Shown piece after piece: positions 1 through 8,387 of a stretch of DNA of 41,347 nucleotides. The notes beneath the pieces were generated by a model, which was not told where the DNA came from, did no database searches, and saw nothing but the letters and a program-made list of their open reading frames with translations. The stretch is taken from NCBI GenBank assembly GCA_040385895.1, contig JAZKGM010000184.1, positions 1 through 41,347 of the forward strand, written 5' to 3'. Position numbers and translations under genes: made by a program. Each line of letters starts with the position of its first letter. Within the stretch, counting starts at the first letter, position 1. Source of the stretch: Bacteroidota bacterium (lineage in GTDB: Bacteria > Bacteroidota > Bacteroidia > UKL13-3).

Positions 1-50
1 CCCCTAAAGCCACACAGAACAACGCTTAATTATATTCTAAGTATAGATCT

Positions 51-85
51 ACGGCCGCCCATTCCGGGTGGCCGTTTCTGTTCTT
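51..85 (+). terminator. Rho-independent terminator-like hairpin, presumably for an upstream off-window gene
   Basis: 10-bp GC-rich stem acggccgccc / gggtggccgt (one G-T pair) with a 5-nt loop, followed by the T-rich tract ttctgttctt. Confidence 0.5.
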
Positions 86-129
86 ACCGGCTGAAAACTA
101 TGCCCTTATCAAAACAATAGGTAAAACGT

Positions 130-159
130 TTTGCACACAACAAACTTTACTTATATTTG
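130..159 (+). promoter_or_regulatory. Bacteroidetes-type promoter for tRNA-Leu (-33 TTTG, -7 TAnnTTTG)
   Basis: TTTG at 130-133 and TATATTTG at 152-159 (a perfect TAnnTTTG match) with an 18-nt spacer. The tRNA starts 37 nt downstream. Confidence 0.6.
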
Positions 160-195
160 CCACCCCGTTATCAGGAATTTATTCATGATGTACAT

Positions 196-275
196 GCCCG
201 GATGGCGGAATTGGTAGACGCACTAGTCTCAAACACTAGCGAGAAATCGTGCCGGTTCGACTCCGGCTCCGGGTA
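196..275 (+). tRNA. tRNA-Leu (anticodon CAA), type II with a long variable arm; CCA not encoded
   Basis: The cloverleaf folds by hand. Acceptor gcccgga (196-202) pairs with tccgggt (268-274). Anticodon stem is ctagt/actag with loop ctCAAac (anticodon at 230-232). T-arm is gccgg-ttcgact-ccggc, variable arm is 11 nt, discriminator is A275. Confidence 0.92.
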
Positions 276-283
276 CTAAGCTG

Positions 284-316
284 AAAAGCCCTTGAATTTC
301 AAGGGCTTTTTCTTTT
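284..316 (+). terminator. Rho-independent terminator after tRNA-Leu
   Basis: Stem gcccttga / tcaagggc flanked by an A-run and followed by ttttt-c-tttt. Confidence 0.8.
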
Positions 317-337
317 AAGCCAAGCGGCATATTTAGA

Positions 338-1000
338 ATGCAATTCTCTTTAAAGTCTTGTCGACATTGGCCTCAGCATGGCTGGGTTTTTATGAAAGAA
401 TTAGCTTTTTGGCGCTTGGCGAAAAAACGGATTTCAAAGCACGAAACTATCTGCCAGGATGTTATATTTATTTTCTCTCCATATAATAAGGCGCTGATTG
501 AACAGAATAAAAAATTATTTCCGGTTAGGTGGAGCTCTTCTAAAAATGCATGGTATATTTCGGACGGGCAGCACATTATTTAAACTATCCCCTAAGCCTG
601 CAGGCAAAAATGCATTGCTTGCTATAGCGGAAATCAATCAATCTGCTTTTACAAAATTACAGGAACAGCTTCAATTAAAAGGATATAGCGAAAACACAAT
701 AAAGGTTTATAGCTTAAGCTTTGCCCAACTGTTATATGCCATAAAAGACCACCAGGTCGACAGCCTGTCTTATGAACGATTCCGGGCTTACTTCCTGTAT
801 TGCAACCGGGAGTTAAAACTATCGGAAGTACTTATCCATAACCGCATTAACGCTGTAAAGTTCTATTTCGAGCAGGTATTGGGGCGCGAGAAATTTCTTA
901 CAGATCTTCCCCGGCCTAAAAAAGCATCTCAAAGCTGAAGCTTGCCAATTGGTTATCATACGAAGCAAGGATTTTCCTTATGAAACCAAACATCTGTTAG
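338..1000 (+). pseudogene. Tyrosine recombinase/integrase remnant: only the N-terminal arm-type and SAM-like core-binding regions, frameshifted, catalytic domain absent
   Basis: ORF 338-583 ends ...FPVRWSSSKNAWYISDG, which matches the N-terminal module of Bacteroidetes integrases. Overlapping ORF 498-938 in another frame carries the SAM-like core-binding domain (LKGYSENTIKVYSLSFAQLL...INAVKFYFEQVLGREKF...LPRPKK). A third short frame at 935-1000 (KLANWLSYEARIFL) weakly resembles the LPxVLSxEE linker. No R..HxxR..Y catalytic domain follows. The remnant lies directly 3' of a tRNA. Confidence 0.75.
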
Positions 1001-1011
1001 CAGCTGACATC

Positions 1012-1476
1012 CTATTTTGCCTGTAAATGGTTGTCTATTTTCTTAATGGCTTCAGAAAAATATTTTATCTGATTTTGGTTTTTAGACGAATGTTCCCGGC
1101 TTACCCACCAGTTAATGTTCCATTCATAATTATCCTTTAAATCCTTAAGAAAATCATTAAGCGATTTCTTTGTCTCCGGAATATCAACATAAGTGTTAGC
1201 CCAACCAATAAAATTCAACACTCCAATATCATGTAATGCCCTGATTGAGTTCCATGCCTTAATATTGTCCGTCTTGGGGGCCCTGAATTTAGGGCCGATA
1301 TAGTTTGTGGGTTTACCACAGTCCGGACATTTATGTGCTTTTTCTTCAATGTCTTTGTCAGGCATGATGTCAGATAGCACTTTTCTCTTAAATGATTTCC
1401 TACAGTCTATGCAGATATACTTCGACTTATAAGGTCTTTCAATTTCGTAGTAATTCGGGTTATCGGTCATGTCCAT
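1012..1476 (-). CDS. Hypothetical protein with a CxxC...CxxC zinc-ribbon
   Basis: Clean 154-aa ORF. It has ICIDCRKSF ... HKCPDCGKP (four Cys in two CxxC knuckles). I recognise no family. The DNA is visibly AT-richer than its neighbours. Confidence 0.6.
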   Translation of the reverse strand: MDMTDNPNYYEIERPYKSKYICIDCRKSFKRKVLSDIMPDKDIEEKAHKCPDCGKPTNYIGPKFRAPKTDNIKAWNSIRALHDIGVLNFIGWANTYVDIPETKKSLNDFLKDLKDNYEWNINWWVSREHSSKNQNQIKYFSEAIKKIDNHLQAK

Positions 1477-1593
1477 GGTCTGTGGTTGTTGTATTATGGT
1501 TGCTAACCATGCAGCGCTCGCTGCAGTACCTAATTCCCGGTAGACGCGTATTAGCAGATGTTATTAGCCTCCTTCTTAGCCGGTGTCATTCGC

Positions 1594-2058
1594 TTATTTA
1601 AGTTCTGAAAGTATTAACTTTTTCTGTTTAAATGTATTCTTCATTGCCTTTTCTCTAACCTGAGGGTCATCGCTGTTAATAAGGTCGAAATATTCAACGG
1701 GAACAACCTGCCACGATAAACCATATTTGTCTTTACACCAGCCACAAGAACCTTCTTCGCCACCGTTGGCAGTTAATGCAGCCCAATAATAATCTACTTC
1801 TGCCTGGTCTTTGCAATTAATCACAAACGAGATGGCTTCATTAAATTTGAACAATGGACCTGCAGCCAAAATGCTGAATGCGATACCGGCAATTTCGATA
1901 GTCGCTGTTTCAAAGTGCTGCCCTCCTGCTTCCGGTGGATTCTGATATTGGCGATAGTCTTTCAGTTCACCGTCTTTAAAAATAGAAAGGTAATAATCTG
2001 CTACTGCTTTTGCGTCTTTCTCAACCCAAAGGCAAGGTGTTATTTTTTGCGTAATCAT
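1594..2058 (-). CDS. VOC/glyoxalase-fold protein of the PhnB / 3-demethylubiquinone-9 3-methyltransferase-domain family
   Basis: ITPCLWVEKDAKAVADYYLSIF ... CGWCKDKYGLSWQVVP is the typical signature of this family. I chose the start at internal ATG 2058 (MITQKITPCLW); the 34-aa extension to 2160 is low-complexity and overlaps the upstream gene. Confidence 0.8.
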   Translation of the reverse strand: MITQKITPCLWVEKDAKAVADYYLSIFKDGELKDYRQYQNPPEAGGQHFETATIEIAGIAFSILAAGPLFKFNEAISFVINCKDQAEVDYYWAALTANGGEEGSCGWCKDKYGLSWQVVPVEYFDLINSDDPQVREKAMKNTFKQKKLILSELK

Positions 2059-2140
2059 ACCAGGCGTTTTTGTTAAAGTTTGATTGGATGTTGTATCAAT
2101 TTTATTATTGTCGTGGGCATGCTGTTGAGCCGTTCGTTGT

Positions 2141-2692
2141 TTACTCCCATGTCGGCTCATAATAAAATACTGTTGAGCCTGAGCTCAGTATTTTTGTCTT
2201 AATGAGTTTTAACATAATCCGGTCCTTGACCTGGTCAAATAGTAGCAGCCCGTTCCCTTCGATGATGGGATGAATACAAATTTGTAATTCGTCAATAAGC
2301 TTATTGTTTAAAAGTTGAATGATCAAACTCCGACTTCCAACAAGAATGTCCTTCTCTGCATGTTGCTTCAGTTCCAGTACTTCCTCCTCAAGAGGTCTTT
2401 TTGCAATTTTTGCACTGTCCCAGCCCGTCTCTTTCAGTGTGTTTGAAAAAACAAGTTTTTGAATTTTGTCGATTGAAATTGCAAAGTCTTCCATGGACTT
2501 TTCACCGGAAGGTTTTTTCAAGAGTTCTTGCCAAAATTGCATGAGCTGGTAGGTTGTACGCCCATATAATATCGTACCGCCATGATCTATCAGTTCAGCG
2601 TAGTGTTGGTGTAGTTCTTCGCTGGCAACTCCTGTAGTATGGTCGCACACGCCATCAAGTGTCATATTGAATGCTGCAATTACCTTTTTCAT
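2141..2692 (-). CDS. Dihydrofolate reductase family protein (RibD C-terminal domain type)
   Basis: MKKVIAAFNMTLDGV...ILYGRTTYQLM...LVFSNTL...ILVGSRSLIIQLLNNKLIDELQICIHPIIEGNG matches the RibD_C/YwjB-like pattern. Start taken at ATG 2692 (MKKV). Confidence 0.8.
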   Translation of the reverse strand: MKKVIAAFNMTLDGVCDHTTGVASEELHQHYAELIDHGGTILYGRTTYQLMQFWQELLKKPSGEKSMEDFAISIDKIQKLVFSNTLKETGWDSAKIAKRPLEEEVLELKQHAEKDILVGSRSLIIQLLNNKLIDELQICIHPIIEGNGLLLFDQVKDRIMLKLIKTKILSSGSTVFYYEPTWE

Positions 2693-2779
2693 ATTTCTTT
2701 TTTTCAGCCTGTTTCGTAGGTCGTCCTGCAATAACCGCTAACGCATTCGGGGCTTGCGATGGGGCCGGGCTACGGAGGC

Positions 2780-2798
2780 ATATTCGTTTTCCGAATAT
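2780..2798. promoter_or_regulatory. 7-bp-arm inverted repeat in a divergent intergenic region (possible operator)
   Basis: atattcg-ttttc-cgaatat; a further ccgaat copy lies about 25 nt downstream. Function unknown. Confidence 0.25.
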
Positions 2799-2889
2799 AA
2801 AAATAAAATTGAAACGAAAACCGAATGTTGGAATGTCAACCCGTAAAGCGTGAATATTTGAGGTGTTTGGAAGGTTAGGGGCTGTAGGA

Positions 2890-2897
2890 TATATTTG
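2890..2897 (+). promoter_or_regulatory. -7 promoter element (TATATTTG) for the paralogous lipoprotein pair
   Basis: Perfect TAnnTTTG 25 nt upstream of ATG 2923. It lies inside the GTG-extended ORF 2863, which argues for the 2923 start. Confidence 0.55.
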
Positions 2898-2922
2898 CCG
2901 GCACTATAACCATTTGTTGCTG

Positions 2923-4287
2923 ATGCAAAAAAACTGCCTGCTTATTCTTTTCCTTTTTTCATTCCTTTTTATCACCTGTAAAAAAAAGAATGATCCCGAA
3001 CCGGTTGGGCTGCTTGATGTTAAAAAGAGCGGTTTTTCAGTAAAGGATTCCGTTTATATCTTATCGTACAATCGCTATGACACGTTCTACATAGAAAATA
3101 CGGGTGAAACCACGCTCAGGTGGGTTTTAGAGGCCGACCCGCAATTAATAAAGGTGAACCTTGCCTCATCTGAGCTCATGCCCGGTGCGAAGAATTTTTT
3201 AATTGTGAGGCTGGCCGATCACATCACCATTGATCAACCTTTTAACACCATCCTTAAGTTAACAGCAAATGGGGCGACCAGGAATATTGTTGTTACGCAT
3301 GGCATGAAAAATACAGTTTTTTTGCCGGCTAATGACATTGCTGATGCTGCATTCGACCAGCAGCATAACACCTTATATTTTATTTCCGGCAAGGAGGATC
3401 AGTTATATAAATATAATACGGTAACCCATGCTTTTTCTGCGCTTGACCTGGGAACAAACCCTACCTGCCTTGCCCTTTCCCCCGACTTTTCTTACGCGGT
3501 TACCGGGCATGATCAACTGGTCACATTCATCGACCTGGGTTCTTTTTCGGTTTTCAAAGCAGTGCAAACCGATTTTACGGCACATGATATTATTCTTAAT
3601 AATCAAAAGATGGCTTATGCATCAGGTGTACATCCTGCTTATGGGGTCAAGTGGATCTCAGGTGATGCAGCATCGGTCTTTTCGATGATGCTTACCCATG
3701 GCCTGCAATACTCAGGTATCCATATCGAATTTGACTCTTCCGGTAAATATATCTATGCCAATGCACCGGGTGTATCGTCAGCGAATTTGCACAAATACAG
3801 GATCAGTAACGATACTCCTTATTTCGACCTGTCATGGCCTTATCATGGTGAGTATGATGCAGGAAACAAGGTCTGGCTTTCAGAAAAAAGAGATGTTATT
3901 TTCAGCAGTACAGGCAATACATTTAAAGCGCGTAAAAGCAACGATAAGCTTGATATGAGTTATAACGGCAGGCTTAACAATATAACTGCTGTTGCGCACC
4001 TGGCCCATAACGCACCTGCAAACTCGGTCTACCTGGTTTCTCCTTACCAGCCAACAGGCAAACCGCAGGTATATGTATATGATGCCATTTCTTTGCTGCT
4101 TAAAAATACCATTGCTGCTGATGTGTATAAAACCATGAACGATGCCAATTATGATGAGGTGGTGCATTCGCCCCAACCCAAATTCGTGTTCTGCAATGCA
4201 GCCGGTACAACACTTTTTGTGATCGCAAACATGGAGGAGCTTAAAACCGCTCATACATGGGCCTTACAGCAACTTGCAGTGAAATAG
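2923..4287 (+). CDS. Lipoprotein of unknown function, paralog A (N-terminal Ig/BACON-like module plus beta-propeller-like body)
   Basis: Signal peptide with lipobox (LFSFLFITC|KKK). It shares long colinear motifs with the next ORF (FLPA..I.D.AFDQ....LYFISG...PTC...SPD..YA..G.D..VTF.DL). Confidence 0.8.
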   Translation: MQKNCLLILFLFSFLFITCKKKNDPEPVGLLDVKKSGFSVKDSVYILSYNRYDTFYIENTGETTLRWVLEADPQLIKVNLASSELMPGAKNFLIVRLADHITIDQPFNTILKLTANGATRNIVVTHGMKNTVFLPANDIADAAFDQQHNTLYFISGKEDQLYKYNTVTHAFSALDLGTNPTCLALSPDFSYAVTGHDQLVTFIDLGSFSVFKAVQTDFTAHDIILNNQKMAYASGVHPAYGVKWISGDAASVFSMMLTHGLQYSGIHIEFDSSGKYIYANAPGVSSANLHKYRISNDTPYFDLSWPYHGEYDAGNKVWLSEKRDVIFSSTGNTFKARKSNDKLDMSYNGRLNNITAVAHLAHNAPANSVYLVSPYQPTGKPQVYVYDAISLLLKNTIAADVYKTMNDANYDEVVHSPQPKFVFCNAAGTTLFVIANMEELKTAHTWALQQLAVK

Positions 4288-4291
4288 CAAT

Positions 4292-5647
4292 ATGTTAAAA
4301 ATGAAAAGAAATTTTATCCTGCTGCTTTCAGCGGCCTTCATATTGATCAGCTCGTGTAAAAAAGAAACTCCTGATCCATCGCTACCTGCTACTTCCCCGG
4401 TCCCTGGCTTTTACTCCCAGGGTTCGATCTTTATCCTTTCGTTCGAACGGCTGGATACGCTGCTTATTACGAATTCGGGTTCCGTGCCTTTGAACTGGGC
4501 ACTCAGCATCGATACCGGGTATTTAAGCGCTGTGCCTGCTTCAGGTGTTATTCAGGCAGGGCAGCTGATGAGGGTATTGCTTAAAGCAGCTCCTTCGGTT
4601 CCTGAAAACAGCTCTTTTAACACGATTGCAAAATTAACGGGCAACGGAGTGAGTAAAGAGATAGAAATTAAATACGGGCCAGAGGATAAGGGAAGGACTT
4701 TTTTACCTGCAGAAACAATTAAGGATGTGGCATTCGATCAGTTAAACAGCATGTTGTATTTTATATCCGGGAACAGCACATCGCTTTTCAGGTATGATTT
4801 AAAAACTGCAGCGTTTGATAAACTGCCTGTTAATTATCGCCCTACCTGCATCGGTATTTCGCCAGACTCCAAATATGCTGCAATAGGACAGGATGGAAAA
4901 GTGACGTTTGTTGACCTGGCTAATTTTACGGTGAATAAAACAGCAGATGTTGGTTTTGAAGTATATGATATAGAGATGAGCAATAACGATATGGCTTACC
5001 TGTCGGCAAATGCAGAATCAGGCTTGTATGGCCTTTCGCTTGCGGGTGCTTCGGTGTTTAACTTTAGCATTCAAAATTTCCGGGAGAAGCAGATAAACCT
5101 GGCTTTGGATGCAGGCGGACAATTTATCTATTGCGCAACAACCCAGAGTTCGGATAATACGGTTTCTAAAATGAGCCTGGGTAATGACACCCCTTATTTG
5201 TACCGCAGCACCACCCACGGAGCAGGGGCAAATATCTGGCTGTCGGAAAACGGGAAGTTATTGTTCGGTGATGTGGGAAATGTGTTTAACAGCGATGATC
5301 TAAGCTCATCCGGATCGTTCAGCAACCGCGGTCGTATAACATATGCAGCGCACAGCCTTAAGCAGCATTCAGCTTATGTTGTATTGAATAACATTTTTAC
5401 TGAAGTGCGTCCTGATGTATATGTATTTGATCCGGCTACGTTTGCGCTGAAAGGAACCATCAAAATGGACAAGTATGTACACATTAACTACCAGGCTACG
5501 AAAACAGAACTGGAAGCAGAACCCAGGTTTATTTTTTATAACAAGGACCAGGATGAACTGTTACTGGTTACACGCTTAACGGATGTTATCAATAATATAG
5601 AAGCTCCGCTCAGGTTTCCCTGGTCGCTTCAAAGGATCCGGCTGTAA
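4292..5647 (+). CDS. Lipoprotein of unknown function, paralog B
   Basis: Lipobox LISSC|KKE. It starts 4 nt after paralog A and has the same domain order and motifs. The start could instead be ATG 4301. Confidence 0.8.
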   Translation: MLKMKRNFILLLSAAFILISSCKKETPDPSLPATSPVPGFYSQGSIFILSFERLDTLLITNSGSVPLNWALSIDTGYLSAVPASGVIQAGQLMRVLLKAAPSVPENSSFNTIAKLTGNGVSKEIEIKYGPEDKGRTFLPAETIKDVAFDQLNSMLYFISGNSTSLFRYDLKTAAFDKLPVNYRPTCIGISPDSKYAAIGQDGKVTFVDLANFTVNKTADVGFEVYDIEMSNNDMAYLSANAESGLYGLSLAGASVFNFSIQNFREKQINLALDAGGQFIYCATTQSSDNTVSKMSLGNDTPYLYRSTTHGAGANIWLSENGKLLFGDVGNVFNSDDLSSSGSFSNRGRITYAAHSLKQHSAYVVLNNIFTEVRPDVYVFDPATFALKGTIKMDKYVHINYQATKTELEAEPRFIFYNKDQDELLLVTRLTDVINNIEAPLRFPWSLQRIRL

Positions 5648-5692
5648 GGAAATGTTTTTCTTCTGGCAGTTTCCGGGTGCGGGTATCACCTT

Positions 5693-5726
5693 AAAAGCCC
5701 TTGCGAAGCAAGGGCTTTGTTTTTTG
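5693..5726. terminator. Bidirectional rho-independent terminator between convergent genes
   Basis: 11-bp stem aaagcccttgc / gcaagggcttt with loop gaa, followed by gtttttt and preceded by an A-run. Confidence 0.8.
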
Positions 5727-5772
5727 TAGACGAGTTTCCGCAACCCATGCTTAGCCTTTACAAGGTGGCTTA

Positions 5773-6321
5773 TTACGATAAGGCAGGCTTATTTACGATC
5801 GCTTTTCTTTTTAAAATGAATGAACTGATCAGCGTTACGATCAAGCCCACCGGTAAAATTTCTGCGTAAGTCATCATCGCATTAAAGAATGGATTTTTAT
5901 ACATCGTGGCAAAGTCTGCCATTTCTTTTATCTGAGCATCTATTTCTGCCTGGCTTGCCCCGCTTGCTTTCATTTCATCAAGCATGTGTGTTGAATATTT
6001 TTCCATAAAGTCGGGGATAAAGAAAAAGTAGTCGATCAGCCAGGCGACCACATACATGGTAGAAGCAATTAAAGCAATCATAATTCCTGTTTTAAACGCA
6101 TGGCCAAAGCTGATCACACCGTGATTATACTTATCCCTGTAATTGCGGATGCCGACAAAAACCAGCGAAAAGGCAACAAGCATAGAAGCATACCCGATGA
6201 GCATGCTTATGCCATAATCAACATTGCCTTCACAATGACTTAAATAGTTCATGCTAACCAGCATTAGAACCGATACAATGCTGCCGGAAATTAGTCCGTA
6301 GATAATAATGTTCTTTTTCAT
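5773..6321 (-). CDS. DUF4199 family membrane protein
   Basis: 182 aa with four hydrophobic helices. The N-terminus MKKNIIIYGLISGSIVSVLMLV and the overall layout are typical of Bacteroidetes DUF4199 proteins. Confidence 0.7.
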   Translation of the reverse strand: MKKNIIIYGLISGSIVSVLMLVSMNYLSHCEGNVDYGISMLIGYASMLVAFSLVFVGIRNYRDKYNHGVISFGHAFKTGIMIALIASTMYVVAWLIDYFFFIPDFMEKYSTHMLDEMKASGASQAEIDAQIKEMADFATMYKNPFFNAMMTYAEILPVGLIVTLISSFILKRKAIVNKPALS

Positions 6322-6428
6322 GTTTTATTTTTTTGTTGCACAAATGTGGCCAATGCGCGGCTTTTCGGGCTCATACTTTCGGCCATTTTTTTGTTATCCT
6401 GCCTGTTTTCATACCAAAGTATGAGGCT

Positions 6429-6908
6429 TTAAGGGATGAGATTTAGCCTTTTAGCTTTTTCAACGGCCTGTATCCGTCTTTTCACATCTAACTTTTCAAA
6501 AAGATTCTGATTGTGTGTTTTGACGGTGCTTAACGAAACGAAAAGTTTTTCGGCAATTTCCTGGTTGCTGTGTCCTTGTGCCAATAAACCCAATATTTCC
6601 AGTTCCCGTTTGCTTAGCTCCAATCGGGAAACAAGCGATGCATCAAGAACAAAGTTTTCACCCCTGTTTATATACACTTCTTTTTCCACCAGTACGGTTT
6701 CAATTTTCGGTTTCGAAAGTTTTAAGGCAAGCCATATCCCTAATGAAGTAAAAATCAATGCGATCAACCCGATGTAGAGCTCAAATGAATGCCTGAATAT
6801 GATAAACCGAAGTTCCAGCCATTTGAGAAGGAACAGCAGGAAAGCCAGGCTGATGCTATAAAGTATAGTTGCTTTATTCCTCAGCAAAAAGTGTTTGTTA
6901 CCTGTCAT
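6429..6908 (-). CDS. Membrane-anchored LuxR/FixJ-type HTH transcriptional regulator (two N-terminal TM helices, no receiver domain)
   Basis: C-terminal [52 protein letters not shown] is a canonical LuxR HTH. The N-terminal approximately 65 aa form two hydrophobic helices. Confidence 0.85.
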   Translation of the reverse strand: MTGNKHFLLRNKATILYSISLAFLLFLLKWLELRFIIFRHSFELYIGLIALIFTSLGIWLALKLSKPKIETVLVEKEVYINRGENFVLDASLVSRLELSKRELEILGLLAQGHSNQEIAEKLFVSLSTVKTHNQNLFEKLDVKRRIQAVEKAKRLNLIP

Positions 6909-7039
6909 TGTATAATGTCGAGTTACGCGCGGTTATCCGAATTTACACCATTACGGCAATTTTTTCATAACGGTTTTTGCATCCCGGGCGCAACGACAGT
7001 TTTTAATGAAGCAGATCAGGCATCAACAAGCCAGACAGC

Positions 7040-8353
7040 TCATGAAGCGATCTCTATTTTAATTTTCCTGTTCTTGATCTTTTCATTTTTGATCAGCTGC
7101 AGTGTTTGCGTGATCTTGTGCGACCGCACAGCGGCATAAGCCGAGTGGTCAAGTATATCGATCCTGCCCAGCTCTTCTTTTTGCAGGTTGCCTTTTTTCA
7201 GTAGCATACCCACCACGTCCATTTTGTTTATTTTATCTTTTTTACCCGCACCTATATACAATGTTTGCCATTCAGCAGGTTGAGGCAACACCATCTTTTT
7301 AGGCAAAGCTTCTGCAGGCGGTGCTGTGGTGATAAACTTTGGCAACTGGTGTTCCGTGTCCAGTAAAAAATAAGCAGTTCCTGTTGCGTTCATCCTGGCT
7401 GTGCGCCCGTTCCGGTGGATCATCACATCTTCGGTAGCAGGCAGCTGGTAATGGATCACAACAGCCACTTCCGGAATATCCAGTCCGCGTGCGGCCAGGT
7501 CGGTTGTTACCAGTATGGCAGCGCTTCCGTTGCGGAACTTGATCAGTGTTTTTTCACGGTCGATCTGCTCCAGGCCCCCGTGGTAAAAACCATGCGCTAC
7601 CTTATGAATGGTGAGCTGCTCCGAGATCCTGTTCACCGCATCGCGGTGGTTACAAAACACAATGACAGGTCCGGGACTCGTTTTTCCAAGCAGCAACATC
7701 AGTGCTTCCAGCTTATCATCGCCTTCTACCTGCACCGATCTTACCGTGAGCGATGAGGCCAGCTCTTTGTGTTGGGTGGTATAATTTAATGAAACGCTGT
7801 TCTTTAACCCCACAAATTTCGGAATCTTATCCAAAGCAGTGGCCGAAGTTAAAATACGCTTTTCAAGCTGTGTGCAGTGTTTGATAATAAATTCCATGTC
7901 GTCCTGGAAGCCCGCTTCCAGCGACTTGTCGAACTCATCTAAAATAAGGGTATGCGCTGTTTCCGCTTTGAGCAGCTTGGTGCTGATGTGATGAGCCACC
8001 CTGCCCGGTGTACCCACCAGCACAGCAGGAGCCTGTTGCAGGTTATTCTCTTCAATGCGCACCGCGTGGCCGCCATAGCATGAATTCACTTTAAAGGCCG
8101 TTCCCATTTGTTTAAATACGTTCTCGATCTGTATGGCCAGTTCCCTGGATGGCACCAGGATCAATACCTGCAGTCCCTCTGTGCCGGGCTTTAACAAGGA
8201 TAACACAGGCAGTAAAAAAGCCAGTGTTTTTCCCGAGCCCGTAGGCGAGATCAGCATCACATCATTTGATTTCGGGATGGTTTCCAGCGCTGCTTCCTGC
8301 ATGTTGTTAAGCGCTGTGATGTTAAAAGCAGAAAGGATAGGCTCCAGATTCAT
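7040..8353 (-). CDS. DEAD-box ATP-dependent RNA helicase with a DbpA-type C-terminal RNA-binding domain
   Basis: Motif I SPTGSGKT, motif II DEFD (a variant of DEAD), motif III SAT, motif VI HRNGRTAR. The C-terminal WQTLYIGAGKKDKINKMDVVGMLL...RIDILDHSAYAAV resembles the DbpA RBD. Confidence 0.9.
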   Translation of the reverse strand: MNLEPILSAFNITALNNMQEAALETIPKSNDVMLISPTGSGKTLAFLLPVLSLLKPGTEGLQVLILVPSRELAIQIENVFKQMGTAFKVNSCYGGHAVRIEENNLQQAPAVLVGTPGRVAHHISTKLLKAETAHTLILDEFDKSLEAGFQDDMEFIIKHCTQLEKRILTSATALDKIPKFVGLKNSVSLNYTTQHKELASSLTVRSVQVEGDDKLEALMLLLGKTSPGPVIVFCNHRDAVNRISEQLTIHKVAHGFYHGGLEQIDREKTLIKFRNGSAAILVTTDLAARGLDIPEVAVVIHYQLPATEDVMIHRNGRTARMNATGTAYFLLDTEHQLPKFITTAPPAEALPKKMVLPQPAEWQTLYIGAGKKDKINKMDVVGMLLKKGNLQKEELGRIDILDHSAYAAVRSHKITQTLQLIKNEKIKNRKIKIEIAS

Positions 8354-8379
8354 GATGGGGACGTATAGTAGTGAACCGG

Positions 8380-8387
8380 CAAAGATA
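8380..8387 (-). promoter_or_regulatory. -7 promoter element (TATCTTTG) for the helicase gene
   Basis: The reverse complement of caaagata is TATCTTTG, a perfect TAnnTTTG, about 27 nt upstream of ATG 8353. Confidence 0.5.

Noticed and set aside
2863-2922. N-terminal extensions in the ORF track: 2863, 9115, 15180, 24751 and 37685 on the plus strand, and 2160, 2731, 30695 and 31671 on the minus strand
   Set aside because: In each case an internal ATG gives a canonical signal peptide, lipobox or family-typical N-terminus (e.g. MKAYVFPGQGSQ for FabD). The extensions begin at non-ATG codons, overlap upstream genes, terminators or promoter boxes, or are low-complexity.
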